DNA of 64,000 nt. Source: Gracilinanus agilis (taxonomy: Eukaryota). The stretch is taken from positions 3,961,688-4,025,687 of the forward strand of contig NC_058132.1 of the NCBI RefSeq assembly GCF_016433145.1. Reading direction: 5' to 3'. Under the pieces are notes generated by a model. It ran no database searches. It saw nothing but the letters and a program-made list of their open reading frames with translations, and had not been told where the DNA came from. Shown piece by piece: positions 47,780 to 60,991 of the stretch; position 1 is the stretch's first letter, and each line of letters begins with the position of its first letter. A program made the position numbers and the translations under genes.

Positions 47780-48960
47780 TCTCCAGGTCTTTGCCCACTA
47801 TGTGCCCCATGCCTAGAATGCTCTCCCTCTTCAGCTCTGACTCCAAGAAACTCTAGCTCCCTTCCAGACTCAGCTCTAAGAACTCTTTCTTGTCTCCCCA
47901 CATCACCTTGTACTTGTGTTTTTACTGCTCTTACCATATTGTTCTTCCCCTCCCTTAAGGTGAATGTCAGCTCCCTGAATGAATGAATGAAACATTTATG
48001 AAGCACCACCGTGTGCACAACACTGGGTTAGGGCTGGGAAAATGAACAAATCATGTTCCAATGGAGAAGCAGCTCCTGGAGGGCAGAAACTCTCCGTTAC
48101 AGCCTTGGTATCCACCAGTATGTAGTTGAGAGCCTGGCACAAATTCACAAAATGGCCACCTGTCAGGGTTGGAGGAGCCTCGGAGGTCTCCCCCAAGCCT
48201 TTCCCCAAAGGAATGTCCTCTCCAGCATCTCCCAGGAGAGGTCCTCCAGTCCCGACATGGAGGCCTCCAGGAAGGGGCAGCCCATTCCACGTTGGGCAGC
48301 TCCCATTGTTAGCTTGTTCCTCCAGACAGCCTTGATGGGTCTCTTCCTAGCTCTTCCTCTCCTCCCCTCAGGCTTCTGGTTCTTCCTCCTGGGGCCGAAC
48401 AGATGAATCTCATCTTTCTTCCTCCCCCGATGGTCCTTCCCATACTGAAAGAAAAGCAATCGTGTCTCCACCCCCTCTCCCTGCCAGCCCCAGGCTTCAT
48501 GCATTCTTAATTTAACTCAACAAACTCTTGCTGAATGAAGGGCGGGATGAATGAAGGCAAAGAGGAAAACTTAGCCAGTCCCTGATCTCAAGGAGCTTAT
48601 ACTCTTCTGGGGATATAGAAATGTATATATGTGCATCCCTAGAGACCTGCCTTTTACTACATACATGTATGACTACTTAGATTGGGGTACAAATGCATAT
48701 ATGCCTTCGTAGGCAGACAGATGTATCACTATGAATGTCTAAACGATGGTTAGAGATCTGTCTACAGTGGGATCTCTCCATATGGAAAGGAATAACAGCA
48801 ATTCAAGGAAGAAGCAGGAACCCAGAGAGAGGGCTGTAGACAAAGGACTGCAGTCATATTTCGAGGGAGGAAGTCATTCGCTTTTGTAGAGCAATCAGAG
48901 AAAGCTTCTTGGAGGTAGAGGATCAGAGTGGAAGCTTGAAACAAGGATTAAGTAATCTGG
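47780..48960. mobile_element. L2 3' fragments
   Basis: gtgccccatgcctagaatgctctccc; tgaatgaatgaatga; cttaatttaactcaacaaac. Confidence 0.55.
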
Positions 48961-49974
48961 CACAGCAGAGAAGTCTGCCAGGAGCCAAGATCTTGAGTTC
49001 CCAGCCTGCTCAGCCATGGTCTTGGGCGCACCCCTTGGGCTCCTCAGTTCCCTCACCTCTACATTTGAGGGATGCTGGTCTAGATCACTTCCGAGGATCC
49101 TCTCAAGCTCTAGATCTCTTATTCCATGACTCCTTGAAGAGAATGTTTCCGGACCCTGAAGATGGCAAGGCAAGGGCATAGATTCTGGAAATAGACAGGA
49201 TATGCTCTAGGAGCAACTAGTAATCCAGTTTGGCCAGAAGGGACAGTGTGTGGAGGGGGACAGACTAGAAGCCATATTGGGGAGGATCTCTGGTTCTGGG
49301 GAATTTGTATTTCACTTAATTGGTATTGCCCAAGGCAACAGCGAATTACCAAAGACTCCTCAGTAGGGCAGGAAAGAAGAACAACGCTGCTTTCTAGAAG
49401 CGAGATGGATGATCTTGGAAGGCCGGGAGTTCTTAGCCATTAGAGGTGAACTAAATCCAGGATGGACAGTCACTGGTTGGAACTGTTGGGGTAGGCACCC
49501 CTCTTTCTGGTAAAGCTATAACACACTGGCTTCTGAAGCCCCTTTCAGCCTTGAGCCTCTTGGAGGAAGGGCGTCTAAGGAAGAAGGCAGGAGATGAGTC
49601 TCTTGGGTTTGGGAGAGTCCTGAATTCAAGACAGTGGGGCTCCTCAATCCAATCTGGGAGAATAGGGGCACATAAAGAGATCCCAGCAGAGATACTGGGC
49701 AAACAGGGGATAGGATCCAAGTCCAATAACCAGCAAGGGGACCCAATCATGAGAACATTGAGATCTGAGCACTACAGATCGAGAGGTATGTTGGCGTGCA
49801 AAGATGATGAAAAGAGAGGAAACGGTCCTGAGTTCCAATCCTCCAGCAGACACTTCTAGAGTGTGACTGTAAACAAGTCCCTTGACATCTGTGAGCCTCA
49901 GTTTCCCATCTATGAAACAGGTAGAACAGTATTTTACCCGTCTCGCAGGCTGGTTTTGGGGTGGGCACTTTGGT

Positions 49975-50765
49975 TGGTTTTTTTTTTTAATTTAATAACA
50001 AATTTCCATGTAAGTTTTCCAAAGTTCTATCATCCAAACTGTCTCCCTTTTTCCTTCTCTCCCCACTCCCCGAGCTGTCAAGCAATGCCATCTGGGTTAT
50101 TATATATGTATTGTCATGCAAAACCTCTGACCAGATGATTCATTTTTATAAGTGAATAATCTTAGAAAAGCACAACCCCCAATCACATACCCGAAGAACC
50201 AAGTGATGAATCGTGGGTTGTTGTTTTTTCTGTGTTTCTACTCCCACAGTTTTTTCTCTTGGCATGGAGAGCATTCTTCCTCCTAAGTCCCTCAGAATGG
50301 TCCTGGATTGTCCTCTTAGTAGCAAAGTCTCTTACATTTGATCGTTCCACAATGTCTTGCTTTCTGTGTACAACGTTCTGGTTCTGCTTATGTCACTCTG
50401 AATCAGTTCATGGAGGTTTTTCCAGTCCATACAGAAATCGAGCGGCTCTTCATTCCTTACAGCACAATAATATTCCATCACCATCATAGACCACAATGTG
50501 CTCAGCCATTCCCCAATCGAGGGACAGCCCTTCCTTTGCCAGTTTTTTTCCACCACAAAAAGCGCGGCTATAAATATTTTTATGCAAGTCTGTTCATCTA
50601 TGATCTCTTTGGGGTACAAACCCAGCAGTGCTATGGCTGGGTCAAAGGGCAGGCAGTCTTTTAAAGCCCTTTGGGCAGAGTTCCAAATTGCCATCCAGAA
50701 TGGTTGGATCAGTTCACAAGTCCACCAGCAATGCATTAGTGTCCCAGTTTTGCCACATCCCCTGG
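49975..50765 (-). mobile_element. Relatively intact 5'-truncated L1 (ORF2 C-terminus and 3' UTR)
   Basis: Peptide RGCGKTGTLMHCWWTCELIQPFWMAIWN...FDPAIALLGLYPKEI...IFIAALFVV. Confidence 0.95.
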
Positions 50766-52436
50766 GGAAGAGCACTCTGTAAGGCTTAATGTGCAATAGA
50801 TGAGTTACTGCTGCCATGAAGAGCAGAAGGCTCTCCGGAGCCACCCTCATTTCCTTCCACCAATCCGTGTGGTCTGAAGCTCTCTGCCATCCGCCATGAT
50901 GGCTTCAGAGGGGCTCTGGTCTGGGCGAGGTATCTCTGGGCTCTTCCCATGAGCTTCTTTAGCCCACATCTCCCACTGAACTTGGGCCTTGCTCAGGTCT
51001 CCCCCATCTTGGACTTCAAAGGTTGGCTTCTGAGTGTGAGGATTGGCCTTCCCCTTGTTTCTCGCCATTAGAAGAGACTTTTTTGGCTTCAGCCCTTCCG
51101 GGCAGCCCGTTAAGCCCTTTTCCCATCTTCTCGGCCAGTCTTGTTGGCTCGCCCCGTCCCTTGTGGATCTGGAGGTCTGAGAAGGCTCCTGTCCCACCAA
51201 GGCCGGAACCCTGGGACGCTCCTCCAGACCCCAGTTCCAAGCTAGCACAGAACCATCAGTGGTGGCTCTAGAAGTCTCACCATTCGAGGCCTGAAATGAT
51301 GGACTCTTATTGTCATCGAAGCCACAAGACGGCCAGGAGACACTTCAGCAGACTCGACAGCCTCGACCCACGGTAGTCCTCCTGCCTTCTAGTTCACTAA
51401 TCCTGCCCAAAACAAGGAGCGCTTGGCACGGGCTGGCCCTTTGGTTGCCCTCTTTCATCCCTGCCTTTCGGTCTGTGGCTAACGGTCCCTCAGGAGGGGG
51501 GGAGGGGCCCCTTTCTCCTCCCCACCCCATCCGTGGGGAACCTTTCCTGGGACGAAGACAATAGCATGAATGTGTCTGATCCAGTCTGGATGGCAATCTG
51601 ACTGCTCAACTAGGGAAAAGTAGGACAAATTCACATTCCGTCCCTGCACCTTACAGCCTTTGTGACCTTGGACAGGTCACGTTTTCCCCTGGCCTCAGTT
51701 TCCCCATTTGTAAAGTGAGGATGTTGGCCTTGACTTCTGAGGTTCCTTCCAGCTCCACCATCCTCCTTGTTCCTCAGCTCTCCCTTTCCAGGGAAGACCT
51801 TCAGGCAGGCCGTGTCGTGTCTACACTTCCTCAAGATGGAAGAATGGGTTTGGAGTCCGTAGAGATCTGGGTTTGAACCAAAGTCTTGAAGCTCTCGGAA
51901 CTCGCTTAGCCTTTCTGCACCTCAGTCTTCTCATCTGTGAAATGACTCAATTCTCTCTTGGCTTCTCCCTGCCTCCTTGACCGTTGGGGGGGGGGTAAGA
52001 GCTATGACCCATAATCCCTCAGCAGAGCTGGTTCTGCCGGTTCTGGCCCCACAGAGGGCTGGCCAGGACACGTCTGGAGTGTCCCTCACCACTAGGCTAA
52101 AGGACTTCCCACTTGTAAACCTCCGGAGTCAGAGAGGACTGGCTGCGGGACCCTGGGAAAGTCTCCTGAGACTCCACTGCGTGCTGAGCTCCCCAACCAA
52201 AGTGCTCTGACAATAGGCACTGGCTGGGGGGGGGGGCTGCAAACCGCATTTCAGGGGAGCCTCGTGACACCCCTGGGAGGGGGATGCTTACAGAGGTCGT
52301 TGCCCTCATTTTACTGACGAGGAAACTGAGGCTGGGGGCACTCTAGAAATGGGGTCAGCAAGATACTTGCTGACCCCCCCACATAGCCACCTGGGAATCC
52401 AATTATTACCGCCCCCCACTTGGAAACAATCGGCTT

Positions 52437-52565
52437 TTTTTTTGTTTGTTTTAAACTCTTATCTTCGTCTTTGGATCAGCACTGCCTATTGGTTAGGTAA
52501 TGGGGTTAAGGGACTTACCCAGGGTCATACAGCTAGGACAGATTTGACCCCAGGCCCCCCTGTCT
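52437..52565 (-). mobile_element. Degraded didelphid SINE
   Basis: ctcttatcttcgtctt ... taatggggttaagggacttacccagggtcatacagctagga. Confidence 0.65.
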
Positions 52566-52756
52566 CTGGGTTTGGCTGCAGCTTGAGGGAGGCGCCTCCC
52601 TGCTCCCTTTGACTTCTGGGGCCCGGGCTGTGGCAGCCCCCCTTCTTGGGCCAGCAGCACTTGGGGAGCGGAGGGGGCCGGAGCGAGGGGAGCGGCCTCT
52701 AACTTCCCTCCTTGTTGCCTCTTCCGCCTGCCTTCCTGCCCCTGTTCCCCACGCAG

Positions 52757-52853
52757 TCCAGCTTTGATCCCCACCACCGCTCCCAGCCTAGTTACGAGCG
52801 ACCGTCTTACCTACCCCCCGGACCTGGCCTCATGCTGCGGCAGAAGTCCATTG
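52757..52853 (+). CDS. SHANK1: SHANK1 exon: SSFDPHHRSQPSYERPSYLPPGPGLMLRQKSI(G)
   Basis: ccacgcag|TCC ... ATT G|gtaagt; 97 nt phase 0/1; follows a 24.4-kb intron. Confidence 0.96.
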
Positions 52854-53943
52854 GTAAGTGGTCCTGGGGCTGGGGGAGGCTGCCTGGACGGAGGGCTCGG
52901 CCTGCCTCCCCTCGTCTGTTCGGGGATTCAGTGTCTGCCTCCATTTACCCCTTCTGTAAAATGGGGGTGGCCGCCTCAGTGGGGCGCGGGCGGAGGCGGT
53001 TGGATCAAGCCTGAGATGTGGTAGAAAGGCTAGTCCCGCCCAGAACTGGGCCCAGACGCCCTCCTAGGAGGCTGCGTGGTTTAGCGGCCAGAGAGCTGGC
53101 CGGGGGCAAGTGCCAGGAGTGGGGAGAGTCCCGGCCACACGCGGACTCCGGAAGAGCCGAATTCGAATTCGGCCTCCCAACCATTCAAGCCTGGGCAGGG
53201 CACTTCCCTTTCCACGCTGGGCCAGCTAGCTGGCTGCCGGCGCCCCATCCCCTCCTGGGACTCTCCTCCGTGTTCTCGTCTGTACAGTGGCTCCTCGGAG
53301 CCCTCATCTCCTCGGGCTGTGTGCGGAAGGCGCTTGGCAAGCCTTTTAACACTCGTGAGGCACTGCCAGGGGGCCGCTCCTTTAAGCCCACTCTGAGATC
53401 CCAGAGCGCTTAGCCGGGAGGAGCCCACTGACTTGGGTGGAGGGAATTTCCTCCCTGGGACTTCCCCATCCCGCGGGCAAGTCTTTGAGCTGAAGGAAGG
53501 CTAGTTCCGGGCTGGCGCGGCGGAGAGGACGAGCCAAAGGCCCGAGGGCGGCTGCCCTAAAGGGACTACTTTCTCCTCATCTCCATATCCCGGAGGAGGC
53601 AAATAGCGACTTCCGAGGCTCGGTACTGGCCGGAGGCCTCAGCCCTGAGGCCGCTTTCCTGCCGCCAGCCGCCCCTAGTCTTAGTAGTGCAGCCCGCGGA
53701 AGGATGAGGTGGCTTCTCCAGGGAGGGGGGCTCGGCTGCTGCTTCTGGGGCTCTCCTGCCTCTGCCTCTTCCTCCTTCCTCCCCCGCCCCCCACCGATTC
53801 TGCTCCTTAGCGGGTGGCGTCCCAGGGCGGGCTCCCTGGGGATGGCTCCTCGGCCCGGCGCCTGAGGGAAGGGCATTCCCAGAGAGGGGCTGGTGGGAGG
53901 GGCCCCGGCCGGCCTAGCCGCCTGACTCGTGCCTCCCATTCAG

Positions 53944-54073
53944 GGGCAGCTGAGGACGAGCGGCCGTACCTGACGCCCCCGGCCATGAAGTTCAGCCGGA
54001 GCCTATCGGTGCCGGGCTCCGAAGACATCCCTCCCCCGCCCACAACGTCCCCGCCCGAGCCCCCCTATAGCAC
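53944..54073 (+). CDS. SHANK1: SHANK1 exon, truncated by gap: GAAEDERPYLTPPAMKFSRSLSVPGSEDIPPPPTTSPPEPPYS...
   Basis: cattcag|GG GCA; matches start of the proline-rich region; runs into N at 54074. Confidence 0.96.
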
Positions 54074-54573
54074 NNNNNNNNNNNNNNNNNNNNNNNNNNN
54101 NNNNNNNNNNNNNNNNNNNNNNNNNNNNNNNNNNNNNNNNNNNNNNNNNNNNNNNNNNNNNNNNNNNNNNNNNNNNNNNNNNNNNNNNNNNNNNNNNNNN
54201 NNNNNNNNNNNNNNNNNNNNNNNNNNNNNNNNNNNNNNNNNNNNNNNNNNNNNNNNNNNNNNNNNNNNNNNNNNNNNNNNNNNNNNNNNNNNNNNNNNNN
54301 NNNNNNNNNNNNNNNNNNNNNNNNNNNNNNNNNNNNNNNNNNNNNNNNNNNNNNNNNNNNNNNNNNNNNNNNNNNNNNNNNNNNNNNNNNNNNNNNNNNN
54401 NNNNNNNNNNNNNNNNNNNNNNNNNNNNNNNNNNNNNNNNNNNNNNNNNNNNNNNNNNNNNNNNNNNNNNNNNNNNNNNNNNNNNNNNNNNNNNNNNNNN
54501 NNNNNNNNNNNNNNNNNNNNNNNNNNNNNNNNNNNNNNNNNNNNNNNNNNNNNNNNNNNNNNNNNNNNNNNNN
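54074..54573. other. Assembly gap of exactly 500 N, likely an unsized scaffolding join
   Basis: Round length unlike the other gaps; cuts a SHANK1 exon. Confidence 0.97.
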
Positions 54574-55820
54574 AAGGAGCACCAGGCTGCCCTCGGGCCT
54601 GCCACTTCCGCCTGGGGGAGGGCAGGCTCAGAACAAGGGAGGAAAGGACCAGGGAGGGCCCGAGGGCTAAAGGAGTGGGACGGCTCTTGGGGCTGGGGGG
54701 CCACCTCTGTCCAACTCTTGCTGTCCTATATGCCCTCCTGCCAAGCCTGCTGGAGTGGAAAGATCAGAGCAAGATGGCAGACAAGAACCGGAATAAGTGC
54801 ACGCCTGGGTCTGAAAAAGGCATCTATGAACTATCGGGGGACAGGGAGAGGCCCTGGAGACCAGGGGAGCAAGCACCCCAATTCTCAAGAGTGGGAGGAA
54901 CGGACCCCACAGACCACATAGACAAAGGCTAGGCAATGGGCGTTAAATGACTGGCCCTCGGTCGCCCGGCTGGGGAATGAAGGAAGCCAGGGATGAACCC
55001 AGAACATTCTGATGCCAGGCCCGGCCCTCCAGCCACTAAGCCATCTCGCTACCCCTGAAGGCCAAGTTCTAGAATGGCTCATGAGCAAGGAGAAAAGGAA
55101 GCTGGAATCCCGTAGCCGGCTGGGCTGCATCAGCAGGTGTTACCAGTCTAACCCGTCTTCCTCTCCTGACAGGGCTACTATCCTCATCTTAGCAAAGCCT
55201 GCCACAAAGTCCCTGACCCTCGGCCAAAAGGCCGCCTCCACCATGAAGCCCTCTCTTGGTCCTCCAGGAGGAGGGCGCCTTCATTCCCTGCTGACGGCCT
55301 AAGATGACTTTGTGTAATTTTGTGGGAGCCACTCCGGGACCTGGAGGGTAGAAGCTGCTCGGCTTCTCTTGGCATTCCCAGCCCCTCGGGCACAGGGGCC
55401 GCAGGGGGCTTAGAGCTGGCCCTACGCCCACATGTGGAAGAGAGGACGGGCATGGCCGGTAGAACAGCCGCACCTGTGTCTGCCATCATTCTCTTACAAC
55501 ACCCTGGCAGGTGGGGAGATGGAAGGACTGAGAAACCCCAAGAGCCCAGAGAAGATGGGGGAGAAGCGGGTCCCGGGGACTCCCTGGCATGAAGGTTCAG
55601 TGGGGTTATTGCTAGAAGGGAGGCAGCGCCCTGGGGACAGAGATGAGGAAAGACAGAAAGGAAGAGGGAGGAAAGAGCCTGGCATCCCCGGTCCTCCTTC
55701 TCCTCTGCCCGCTGCTGCCTCTGGCTCTCAGGCCTTCCTCCAGCAGACCCCACCTGGGACCCTCCACACCCCCCAGGCTCTGGCCCTCTCCGTTCTCCCT
55801 CTGCCACTCCTCAAAGGTCA

Positions 55821-56429
<609 letters not shown>

Positions 56430-56433
56430 TCAC

Positions 56434-56615
56434 CCAGGGGCCGTGAGGGGGGGCTGCAGCTGGACGGTGGTGTTGAACAGCTCCAGGTCGACCTCCTCCA
56501 CCTCGTGGCCGTGGCAGCCCCCAGGCTCGGTCACCACGGACAGGCCCACCACGTTGCCAGCGACATCCACGTGCAGGGTCAGCCGGTCAGACAGGTGGGA
56601 CTCGACCAGGGAGCA
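56434..56615 (-). CDS. EMC10: EMC10 exon 5: [60 protein letters not shown](G)
   Basis: ccccacag|TGC ... CCT GG|gtgagg; 182 nt phase 0/2. Confidence 0.97.
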
Positions 56616-56932
56616 CTGTGGGGGGCAGCCTGGGTGAGCTGAGGGCGTTGCTCCTCGGGGGCAGGTCTCCCCCTGGCCCCCGAGCCCCTGCCCCCTGCAT
56701 GTGGGGTCACTGTGTGGGGTTTGCCCTTGTTCCTCCGATCTGGTTCCCTCTAGCTGTGACACGGGGACCTCCAGCCCCTCAGAACAAGGGGGCGATGATC
56801 CCCAAAGGCCTGGCCGGAAGGAATGGGCTTGGATCGGGCCTGACTTGCTAAAACATCTTGGAACACCCCCCCCCCTAAGGGGCCCAGTGAGAAGAGCTGG
56901 ATGTTGGGGGGTCCCGTGGCCCCGGGACTCAC

Positions 56933-57037
56933 CGCAGGGACGAAAGAGGAGACGTAGCCGGCTGAGGCCAGACCTTCGGCGGTCCCTGGCTTCCGGGGGA
57001 CCCTGACCCTGTACAGGCCATTCAGAGCCGCCACGTC
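56933..57037 (-). CDS. EMC10: EMC10 exon 4: [35 protein letters not shown]
   Basis: ttctccccag|GAC ... GCG|gtgagt; 105 nt phase 0/0. Confidence 0.96.
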
Positions 57038-57120
57038 CTGGGGAGAAGGGAGAGGTGAGGGGGCCATGGGGTTGGCCCCTCGGGGCTCCCCGCCACCCCC
57101 AATGCCCCCCAGCTCCTCAC

Positions 57121-57230
57121 CCTTAGTCGGCCCCGTTCGTCCTCGGTCAGCTGCCTCTGGGTCAGGGTGATCGTCCCGTCCTGCACGTTCCACGTCAGGG
57201 AGCCCCGTTTCCGAAAGTGGACGCTGTCAT
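57121..57230 (-). CDS. EMC10: EMC10 exon 3: [36 protein letters not shown]
   Basis: cccccag|AT ... AGG|gtgagg; 110 nt phase 1/0. Confidence 0.96.
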
Positions 57231-57478
57231 CTGGGGGAGAGGGGGCTCAGGCTCAGAGACCCCAGACCCTCCTGGGCTGTTCCACCCTGTCCCCGGGCAC
57301 CCCCAAATGGCCCAGCAGCCCTAAGGGACCTCAGTGGCCCGGATCCCTTGTCTTACAGATGGGGAGACCGAGGTCCAGGGAGGAGAGGCCATGTCCAAGA
57401 GCAGAGCTTGGATCCCTTGAGGGGGTCTCCATCCTCATGTCCCCTGCCCCCTCCCAGCTCCCCAGCCCTGGGCCTCAC

Positions 57479-57536
57479 CTGTCTCGAAGGAGTGCTCCAG
57501 CAGAAGTCCTGTGGGCCCACAGCCTTCAGCCGCAGC
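57479..57536 (-). CDS. EMC10: EMC10 exon 2: AAAEGCGPTGLLLEHSFET(D)
   Basis: ctcctcccag|GCT ... ACA G|gtgagg; 58 nt phase 0/1; LLLEHSFE motif. Confidence 0.93.
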
Positions 57537-59235
57537 CTGGGAGGAGAGAAACGGGATTTAGGGTCTGAAGGGCCCCCCCTTAGAGCTTCCAGGGGCCCCT
57601 ATATCAGGGGGAGCTCCAGTAAAGACCCGGTTCGGCCCCTCACTTTGCAGGGGGAGAGTCTGAGGCCCTTGGAGGAGGCTCTGTGCCCAGGGCCCAGCGT
57701 CCAAACCATCCCAAATGGAACCAAGCTCTGGTGTGGACAGAATGGGGCCCCACGAGACCCTCCTGTGCTTCAGTCTCCCCATCTGTAAAGGGGGGCACCC
57801 CAGGCATCCTGCCCCAGCCTCCTCAAGCCAGCAGCCCTTCTGCGGTTGCCTTCAGCCGGAGTCTTTGAGGCCAGGTCAGACTCCATCTGTCCCAGCTCGG
57901 GGATCTGCATTATGGTTGCTACCCCAAATGGCGGGGGGACCTTCAGCCTTTCACACCCCCAGGGAGAAAGGAAGAGGGATGAGCTGGGGCTCTTGGGGGG
58001 CTCTGATTCCCCCCCCCCCGTACCATCTCTTCTTAGCTCTGGGAACCACGAAGGACAGAGACCCCAACAGGGAGGGCCTTCCCGGGTGGCCCCCTATCAC
58101 GGCTGAAGCAACAGGTACCCCAGCAAGGACGGGTCTGAGGCCTGACCCCAGGACCCCTGTCCATCTGTGGAGCCGCCCGCTGCCCCGAACCAAAAACACC
58201 GAGGACCAGGCTTCGGCCAGGGAGAACCTCTCTGTCCTGGCCTCCAGCCTGAAACCCCAACTGCTCCCCTTTTCCAAGTCGACCCCCCCACTCCTGCCCA
58301 TCTTCCATCCCAGGACCCCCTCAGTGAACCCCAAGATCAACCTCCCAAAGCTTCCCTCTCCTGGGATCCAATGCCAGGGCTGGGGTGCTCAGGGACAGCC
58401 CCCCATCGTTCCTTTCTATTCACCCAGTGTATAGTCTGTCTGCATGTGGTCGCCCTGGGGGAGGGGGGCAGCACTGGGCTAGGCATGGTGCCCGGCACAC
58501 AGTAGGCGCCTCATAAATGCTGATCCATAGGCCATGCACCAGTGAAAAACAAACCAGAGGAGATACGGCCAGGCTCAAAGACAGAGGTCTTGGATTCGAA
58601 TGTGAACTCAAGACACTTCCTAGCAGAGGGACCCTGGCTGAGTCCCCTAACCCTGCTGCCCAGCCCCCCACAGCTCTTCTGTCCTAGAGCGGACACTAAG
58701 ATGGAGAGTAGGCCCCTCCATCTCCCGCCTCTGGGCCTTTGCCAAGGCTGTGTGCCCTTCCTGGAATGCACTCCGTCCCCGGAAACTCGGGTCTCCCCTT
58801 TCAAGCACAGGTTCCTGCGGCGTGGTGTACCAGCTGGGGCCGGAGGGGGCCTCCTCCCCCTACTGTGCCGCCCCCTCTCTTGCTCCTGGGAGATCCTCCC
58901 TCCCTGCCCCCTCCCCATCCCGTGCTCCCATCTGCATACGGCAGGCGCCTAATAAACGCCAAGGCTAGATGGCCGGACTTTTAGATTGAAGGGCCATCTC
59001 CCCACCCCTCATTTGCACCGAGCCACGTTCGCCCCGATCTCTCCGTTTCCTTCGCCCCGCTCCTCTCGCGCACCGAGCGGTCGGCGCCCCGCCCTCCGTT
59101 GGCATAGCGCCGCCACACTGGCGCAGAGTGCCGCTCCCACCTGCATTTGCATGCCAGCATTCCACGGAAGCCGGCCCCCGCGCGTTTGCATCCTGCAAAA
59201 CCTCCCGCCCCTCCATCCCGGCCGACAGTACTGAC

Positions 59236-59319
59236 CCCCCGAGCGTTGGCCCGGCAGCCGCTCCCCTGGATCGCGTCCGGTGCCGCCAGCAGCAGGAGCA
59301 GGAACCAGGGGGCCGCCAT
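59236..59319 (-). CDS. EMC10: EMC10 exon 1 (signal peptide): MAAPWFLLLLLAAPDAIQGSGCRANARG
   Basis: ATG at 59319 (G at -3 and +4), hydrophobic leader, GSGCRA motif, GGG|gtcagt donor; 84 nt phase 0. Confidence 0.92.
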
Positions 59320-59817
59320 TACCGTCCGGCCGTGCTCACGTGACCGCGCGCAAATCTCTCTGGGAACCTTTGCTCCTGTGTTCCGTTACTCTCTCTCTCA
59401 GGCGCCTCCTCTCCCGTGACGTCACACAACAGAGAGAGAGAGAGCCTGCTTCAGTCCACGCTCCACCCTGGTCCCCGAAGCACGCATGCGCATTGACTCC
59501 CACGCGGGAGGCTCCGAACCGAGTAGGCCTTTCTCGGCCCCACGTTTTGCGCGTGCGCAATTCCTACCGCAGCCCCGTTTTCATTGGAATAGCTGCCCTC
59601 CTCGATGACGTCACAGACCTTGGGCCCCACCCTCGTCGCCATAGGAACCTGGTGATGTTCGGCGCAGTGTGGGATAAGTGGGAGGGGTCGAACTTCTGGG
59701 CGTGGGAGGAGCGCGCCCTACACCGCCTCCGCTCGGTCTATCCCAGCCACCCCCAAGGCCCGGGTCCCAGCAGCGACCCCCAACCTCGGAGAACCGCCGG
59801 GACCAGAGGGGGCCGGC
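59320..59817. promoter_or_regulatory. CpG-rich bidirectional promoter and 5' UTR region of EMC10 / GARIN5A
   Basis: Divergent ATGs 498 nt apart; CACGTG 59337-59342, TGACGTCA 59417-59424 and 59606-59613, NRF1-like 59482-59492 and 59548-59559, ATTGG 59583-59587. Confidence 0.85.
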
Positions 59818-59863
59818 ATGAAACCGGGCCGCGGACAGGAGCAGGGAGCCCCGCGAGGGGCAG
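59818..59863 (+). CDS. GARIN5A: GARIN5A (FAM71E1) first coding exon: MKPGRGQEQGAPRGA(G)
   Basis: First in-frame ATG after in-frame TGA at 59653; GCA G|gtgagg donor phase 1 fits next exon; resembles recalled human MRRDRGPKPALGGAG. Confidence 0.72.
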
Positions 59864-59986
59864 GTGAGGGCGGGGCGGGGCGGGGCCAGGCTGGAGGAGT
59901 GACCTGCGTGAAACTGGGTTAGAGGCTGTATCTGGGGCAAGTGAGGACCGGACTGGGATGGAAGGGGGACCCACCGAGCCAGGTGA

Positions 59987-60392
<406 letters not shown>

Positions 60393-60991
60393 TGAGGACC
60401 CCCGGCCCACCCCCTCACGGCACCCCCCCCGCGCCTCCTGGAGCCTCTCAGCCTCAGTGTCCCCCCATCTGCCTTGCCCCAGAGCTTGTGGGAATCAGAG
60501 GCGGCACCAGCCCAGGGACTGTCGGGAAGGTGCTCTACCGATCCTTATCCTTTGAGGACCCTCCCAGATGGGACCCCAGCCCGTGTGCCTCCCAGGGGCC
60601 TCACCATGGCTTGCCAGGCTTCCGCCGCCATTCCCGACGGGGAGCTGCCACATTGCCCTGCCCGTGCCGAAGCCCACAGCCGGGCTCCAGCCAGCCAGGG
60701 GCAGGATGGAATTTATGAGCCTGGGCTCATGGGGAGGAGAAATGGGTGCCATCCGCGGGGCCTAGAGAGCATGAGGAGCTGGGGGGAGGGCGGGGAGCAG
60801 GCTTCACGGAAACCACCGGAGGAGCGAGCTCGGGGCGGCCCCGGGGGACACAGAGCAGCAGTGAGGGAGTGAGCGCCCTGTCACGTTAGCTGTCAGGCAG
60901 CCAGCACTTGGCCTACACCCTCTACAGGCCAGGCAACTGTGCTAAGCCCTGAGGGGGACAAAGGGAAAAACCAGCCCCTGCCCTCAAAGAG

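Noticed and set aside
50847-51270. Minus-strand ORF (MARNKGKANPHTQK...) next to the L1
   Set aside because: May be a LINE 5' or ORF1-like remnant but could not be assigned; no splice or homology support for a gene
53814-54932. 372-aa ORF apparently continuing SHANK1 across the gap
   Set aside because: Frame continuity through Ns is meaningless; sequence after 54573 does not resemble SHANK1
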